The notes below the pieces were generated by a model. That model saw nothing but the letters and a program-made list of their open reading frames with translations. It did no database searches and was not told the origin of the DNA. A stretch of 32,000 nucleotides of DNA from Candidatus Methanoperedens sp. (GTDB taxonomy: Archaea; Halobacteriota; Methanosarcinia; Methanosarcinales; Methanoperedenaceae): NCBI GenBank assembly GCA_041494705.1, contig JBGQBI010000004.1, positions 150,001 to 182,000 of the forward strand, in the 5' to 3' direction. The translations under genes and the position numbers were made by a program. Shown one piece after another: positions 28,170 through 32,000 of the stretch (position 1 is its first letter; every line of letters begins with the position of its first letter).

Positions 28170-28379
28170 TTATTCAGGCCTGACCAGCAGGTAACCTTTT
28201 TCGATGAGCCAGTGATGGAATTCATAAGTGGTATGCAGGCAATTTTTCATGCATATTTCCCGCAGGTCATTATAATCTGATGATTCCTGTGTCTTTTTAT
28301 TCATCATCACCTGTATGGGACACTCAATATCGTTGCAGTATTCTCTTCTTTTGTACTCTACAAATCCCTCGATTGGCAT
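28170..28379 (-). CDS. Small four-Cys protein (69 aa), first gene of the aldolase operon
   Basis: Contains CNDIEC...CMKNC (a CX4C and a CX3C pair). Its stop is 22 nt upstream of the aldolase start. Confidence 0.45.
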   Translation of the reverse strand: MPIEGFVEYKRREYCNDIECPIQVMMNKKTQESSDYNDLREICMKNCLHTTYEFHHWLIEKGYLLVRPE

Positions 28380-28430
28380 AATCTCAAAGCTGATTCTGAG
28401 GATTTAAAATTTGCGGAAGGGTTCGGGAGT

Positions 28431-28476
28431 GGAAAAAGTTCAACCAAAAATTTAATAGCAAAGGTTACCTTTCAAT
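28431..28476 (+). repeat. 46-bp direct repeat, copy 1
   Basis: GGAAAAAGTTCAACCAAAAATTTAATAGCAAAGGTTACCTTTCAAT has 43/46 identity to copy 2. It overlaps the last 8 codons and the stop of the hicB-like gene at 28452-28676. Confidence 0.85.
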
Positions 28477-28676
28477 TCGCCGTGCCGTATTTTGACTATG
28501 AGCCAGCCTTCAAGGACTGATTCAAGTTCTTTCTGGCACTCAAAAAGCGTCTTCCCAAAAGCGATAACACCCGGACATTGCGGTATAATGCCGGAAAAGC
28601 TGCCATCTTCAAGCTTATCGTATTGCGCTTTGCTTAACGCTTTGTTAATATAATCTATAAGCATCAGGATCACCAA
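28452..28676 (-). CDS. HicB-family antitoxin-like protein, C-terminus apparently replaced
   Basis: KAQYDKLEDGSFSGIIPQCPGVIAFGKTLFECQKELESVLEGWLIVKIRHG matches the HicB-like pattern. The final ELKGNLCY is encoded by repeat copy 1. Confidence 0.6.
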   Translation of the reverse strand: MVILMLIDYINKALSKAQYDKLEDGSFSGIIPQCPGVIAFGKTLFECQKELESVLEGWLIVKIRHGELKGNLCY

Positions 28677-28941
28677 TTTTGCATTCTGTATTATAACTTA
28701 TTATCTTGATATACTTTTTTATACATATCGGTCTCCTTAAGCTGAAAGAGAGTAAAAATCATGTTAGGAAAGCGCATGTTGTTGATTATGATGCGCTGCA
28801 TATTACGGTTCCGCTGATAGCGTAGGGCACAGACTGTCGTGAATCGGCGGGGGCATCCCGGCGCAGGTGCTCGAAGGTTTAGCTTTTCTATCGGTTTTCT
28901 GTGATTCTATTTTTCTTTTCAGACGCATGTATTTAAAAACA

Positions 28942-28987
28942 GGAAAAAGTTTAACCAAAAATTTAATAGCAAGGGTTACCCTTCAAT
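28942..28987 (+). repeat. 46-bp direct repeat, copy 2
   Basis: GGAAAAAGTTTAACCAAAAATTTAATAGCAAGGGTTACCCTTCAAT ends 4 nt before the ATG of the second hicB (28992). Both copies are preceded by ATTTAAAA. Confidence 0.85.
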
Positions 28988-28991
28988 AAGT

Positions 28992-29237
28992 ATGAAAAGT
29001 ATGGAAAAATTCAATGTTACAGCTATAATCTGGCAGGAAGATGATGTTTATGTTTCAAAATGCCCTGAACTTGACGTTGCAAGTGCAGGCGACACGCCTG
29101 AGGAAGCTCTTCTTAACCTGAAAGAGGCGGTTGAATTATATATAGAGAATGCAAAAGCCCTGGGAATTTTAAATGATTTTGCTGCATCCATACATTCCCC
29201 AAATAAATTCACGTCAACTATTGGTGTGGCCGTGTGA
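28992..29237 (+). CDS. hicB: HicB/UPF0150-family antitoxin
   Basis: FNVTAIIWQEDDVYVSKCPELDVASAGDTPEEALLNLKEAVELYIEN is the classic HicB N-domain pattern. Confidence 0.75.
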   Translation: MKSMEKFNVTAIIWQEDDVYVSKCPELDVASAGDTPEEALLNLKEAVELYIENAKALGILNDFAASIHSPNKFTSTIGVAV

Positions 29238-29272
29238 GTAAACTTCCTTCTGTTTCATCTGAAAAAATATAG
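29234..29272 (+). pseudogene. hicA: Truncated hicA toxin remnant (12 codons)
   Basis: The GTG overlaps the hicB stop in a GTGA junction. It encodes (M)SKLPSVSSEKI and then TAG. This matches the HicA N-terminus (M.KLP.vSgkEvik...), but the dsRBD-like body is absent and AT-rich island sequence follows. Confidence 0.55.
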
Positions 29273-29314
29273 AAATCATTAGATTTTAGAATTGTACCAT
29301 TCTTATTAATGAAA

Positions 29315-30190
29315 TTATAATTCTTCAAAGATAATGTCTCGTAGCTGAATTTTTATTTTAATCCTATTTACCTTATTATTTGACCGAATGAGAGAAAAAT
29401 AACCCTTATCAATATTATTCAACGTATCAATCAATTTTTGTTTTTGATCCATATCGAATATTTTATTATCAAAGATTTTCCTCAACAAAAATAAAGCTCT
29501 ATCTTTATTAATAGAACCATCTTCTTTTAATATATCAACATAAATCCCATGTGTCTTCCCAGATGCAACTTTGAATATATTACCGGTTTTTTTCGGAATT
29601 TCGTCTAATCTTCTTAAATTTGAGAGAATTGAATCTTCACCAACAACTTTTGAATCCCATATTTTATCCAAATCACTGACATCTTTGGGATAATGCTTTT
29701 TTAATAGTTCAACAGCGAAATCTGCAGAATGAGCAAACTCGGATTTATTTGATTCATCGACATAAAGTGATAAATCTGGTGAAAATGCATATAATCCAAG
29801 GACTGTGAATAGAATCACTTTATCTTTTGGCCTCAATGATTCATATTTTGTTTTCAAATTTTTTTCAAATAAAAGTGAATTGAGATCATTGAGATAACTA
29901 TCAAACTGATCAGAGAATTCAAGATTATATTCTAAAATAACGAGACCTTTGTATGTTAAGAGATAATATCCCTCTTCTTCGATCAAATCTAAAATTCCTT
30001 TATTTACAAGATGATCTAATTCAGACAACGAATATGACCATTCATCCCTTTTAAAACTGGTTGAGGAGAAAAATTCCTGGAGATTTTTTACAGGCTTTTT
30101 GATTAAATCAACAGAATATTTTCCTTTAGACTTAGAAATTTTTGTAATTAGAAACTCTTTGTATTCTGGTTTTAAGTAATATTGGGGCAA
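29315..30190 (-). CDS. 291-aa protein of unknown function, possible N-terminal winged helix; partner of the upstream ATPase
   Basis: SELDHLVNKGILDLIEEEGYYLLTYKGLVILE is wHTH-like and the rest is unrecognised. It starts 12 nt after the ATPase stop and is very AT-rich. Confidence 0.55.
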   Translation of the reverse strand: MPQYYLKPEYKEFLITKISKSKGKYSVDLIKKPVKNLQEFFSSTSFKRDEWSYSLSELDHLVNKGILDLIEEEGYYLLTYKGLVILEYNLEFSDQFDSYLNDLNSLLFEKNLKTKYESLRPKDKVILFTVLGLYAFSPDLSLYVDESNKSEFAHSADFAVELLKKHYPKDVSDLDKIWDSKVVGEDSILSNLRRLDEIPKKTGNIFKVASGKTHGIYVDILKEDGSINKDRALFLLRKIFDNKIFDMDQKQKLIDTLNNIDKGYFSLIRSNNKVNRIKIKIQLRDIIFEEL

Positions 30191-30202
30191 ATCATCACCT
30201 AC

Positions 30203-32000
30203 TTACACAGGGACAGGGTCCCAGGTAATCTCTGACACTTTGCTGTCTGCTATGGTAATTAGTGCAAATATCGTTTCACCTTTTTTAATCTGGCTCTTTA
30301 TCTCATCAACCAATATTCCAATGTTTTTTTCATCCATATGCCCGATTTCATCTACCAATATGATCTTCTTTTTCCCACCAAAATTCTGCTTTATACGGGA
30401 TAAAATTGAATTTAGGGCGGTATGACCAGTTCCCATCTGAACAAATTTGATCGGTTTTCTATTTTTTACAATATATTGTCTGTTTACAAGATCGACTTTT
30501 TCGACTACCCAAGATTTTTTCTCAAAGTATACATTTTGTAGAATTTCAGCAAAATATTCGGATAAAGCATCAAACAATTCTTTTGCATGCTTATAATCAA
30601 TCCCCATATCTGTCTTTCTGAAATCAACCGGTTCGAGAGCCTTTTTCCATTTGTTTACTTTTGATATCAAATCAAAACATTTAGCAGATTCTTCCTCTAG
30701 CCAATCTTCATCAAATGCAGGTAGGGTCTCTAATTCACCTAATTGTTCAATAAGAGCAACCAATGTCTTTTCTTTCTGTCCCAAGCTTGCAATCTCTATT
30801 TCTAAATCTTCAAATTCTTTTTTTGTCCTTTTATATTGTTCACGTTGTCCGGGATTATCTAGAATTTCATCGATCTCATTTTCGGACAATGATTCAACAA
30901 TCTCCTCATGTTTCGAAGATTCCTTCTCCAAAAGGTCTAATTTGCTTTCCAATTTCTTAATTTCCTTTTCAATCTGATCATATTCATACATTTGTTCTTC
31001 ATCGACATCAGGAATTTTATCACGCTTTACTTTGAGATCAGAAAGATATACTGAAAGTTTATTTAATTCGCTGCTAACTTCAGCCAAATCTCGTTTTTTC
31101 AAGATTTTAGGTTCTAATTGTTTGTTAAATTCATCTAACTCTTTATAAAATGAAAAAATATTTTTTTCATCGGTCCCGGGAACATTCATTTCAAGACTTA
31201 AATATCCCCTTAAAACTTCCATAATTTTATTGATTAATTCAGATTGTTTCTCTTCTTGTTTGAATTTCTCATTAAGAGGGTCATTTTTAAGATCCAAAAT
31301 GATTTTTTTTACATCATCAGTCCATTCTTCAATATTTTTTATTGCTATTTCTTTAGGACTATATAATTCATTAAGTTTTTTTTCAATTTTTTTAATAAAT
31401 GTGAGGTTTTCTTCTGATAAAATTTCACGATATTTTTTTATTAAAGATAGAGATTTTTTAGTGTTACTATTAACTATATTAAATTCAGTGACTTGTTGTT
31501 TGAACTTGGGGGTTCCACCGCCTAAACCTTTCTGCTTTAAATTTGTTCTTTTTTCCTTTAGACTAACTAATTCATTTTCATTTTGTTCATATAAATCCTC
31601 TATTTCGTAATATGAAATTACTTTATCAGCTATCTCTAATTTTGAGACTTCCGCTTCCACTCTATTTTTCAATTCTTTTTTATTTTCTAGTTCTCTCTTA
31701 GTTTCTTCCAATATACCCTTATTTTTTTGAATCTTTTTATCTTTCTCCTTAAAATCTATTATTTGAGTCCTTTTGTTACCCAAATCTTGGTCATATCTTG
31801 TGAGATATCTTTCATAATCTATGAGATTCTCTCTAATGAGACGAACCGATGATTGGAGTTTGACCAATGGATCATCCGGAACATCATAAAGTACTTGAAT
31901 ATTCTCATTAAAATATTCAGAACCTACGGGTTCACCATTTAATTTTGTATTCAGTGAACCTTTATCATATTGAGAATAGATTTCCATGAGACCATCCTTG
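30203..32000 (-). CDS. Coiled-coil ABC/SMC-Rad50-like ATPase (C-terminal head half visible); possibly continues beyond the window
   Basis: About 450 aa of heptad-rich K/E/L sequence precede FVQMGTGHTALNSIL (a degenerate signature-like motif) and KKIILVDEIGHMD (Walker B plus D-loop, nt 30332-30364). There is no Walker A in the window. The first ATG is at 31987, but the frame stays open (KDGL-M) to position 32000. Confidence 0.65.
   Translation of the reverse strand, partial: KDGLMEIYSQYDKGSLNTKLNGEPVGSEYFNENIQVLYDVPDDPLVKLQSSVRLIRENLIDYERYLTRYDQDLGNKRTQIIDFKEKDKKIQKNKGILEETKRELENKKELKNRVEAEVSKLEIADKVISYYEIEDLYEQNENELVSLKEKRTNLKQKGLGGGTPKFKQQVTEFNIVNSNTKKSLSLIKKYREILSEENLTFIKKIEKKLNELYSPKEIAIKNIEEWTDDVKKIILDLKNDPLNEKFKQEEKQSELINKIMEVLRGYLSLEMNVPGTDEKNIFSFYKELDEFNKQLEPKILKKRDLAEVSSELNKLSVYLSDLKVKRDKIPDVDEEQMYEYDQIEKEIKKLESKLDLLEKESSKHEEIVESLSENEIDEILDNPGQREQYKRTKKEFEDLEIEIASLGQKEKTLVALIEQLGELETLPAFDEDWLEEESAKCFDLISKVNKWKKALEPVDFRKTDMGIDYKHAKELFDALSEYFAEILQNVYFEKKSWVVEKVDLVNRQYIVKNRKPIKFVQMGTGHTALNSILSRIKQNFGGKKKIILVDEIGHMDEKNIGILVDEIKSQIKKGETIFALITIADSKVSEITWDPVPV

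Noticed and set aside
28677-28935. A search for a hicA-like toxin gene upstream of the first hicB-like gene, in all minus-strand frames.
   Set aside because: Only short ORFs are present, for example a 41-aa MRLKRKIESQ... and an 11-aa MYKKVYQDNKL. None has the HicA GSH-containing dsRBD-like pattern.

Overview
The gene content indicates an archaeal chromosomal segment, probably from a methanogen or ANME-like member of the Methanomicrobia. This rests on an archaeal-type ThrRS, Csl4, RpoL, archease plus RtcB, form III RuBisCO and GatCAB.

Backbone. The housekeeping genes have moderate GC; one hand-counted 60-nt line in proA gives about 57%. In order they are: thrS; a winged-helix gene, archease and rtcB; a METTL5-like methylase, csl4, rpoL and a DUF2240-like gene; a Cas4/AddB-type Fe-S nuclease; proA-proB; carA; a chorismate-lyase-like gene; rbcL (form III); gatC-gatA-gatB; and an operon of an LsrF-like class I aldolase with a Zn-dehydrogenase. 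There are also three type II toxin-antitoxin loci: UPF0175/PIN, a small antitoxin with VapC, and HicB with a hicA remnant.

AT-rich islets. Four sharply AT-rich islets are wedged between the backbone blocks (sampled 60-nt lines count 20-33% GC). None has an integrase or transposase, and each encodes defence-type proteins:
- 3001-3918: a 305-aa protein with an AbiTii-like N-terminus.
- 14385-15824: a 479-aa protein with a C-terminal Rx4H HEPN motif and an internal HELGH motif.
- 17659-19183: a translationally coupled pair of a 4-TM protein and a 326-aa soluble protein, with the architecture of Kiwa (KwaA/KwaB). It sits where carB would be expected after carA.
- 29273 to the window edge: a long coiled-coil ABC/SMC-like ATPase plus a 291-aa partner of unknown function. 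Its boundary truncates hicA after codon 12.

I found no rRNA, tRNA, CRISPR array or transposase. All homology statements are motif recognition by eye. No searches were run.
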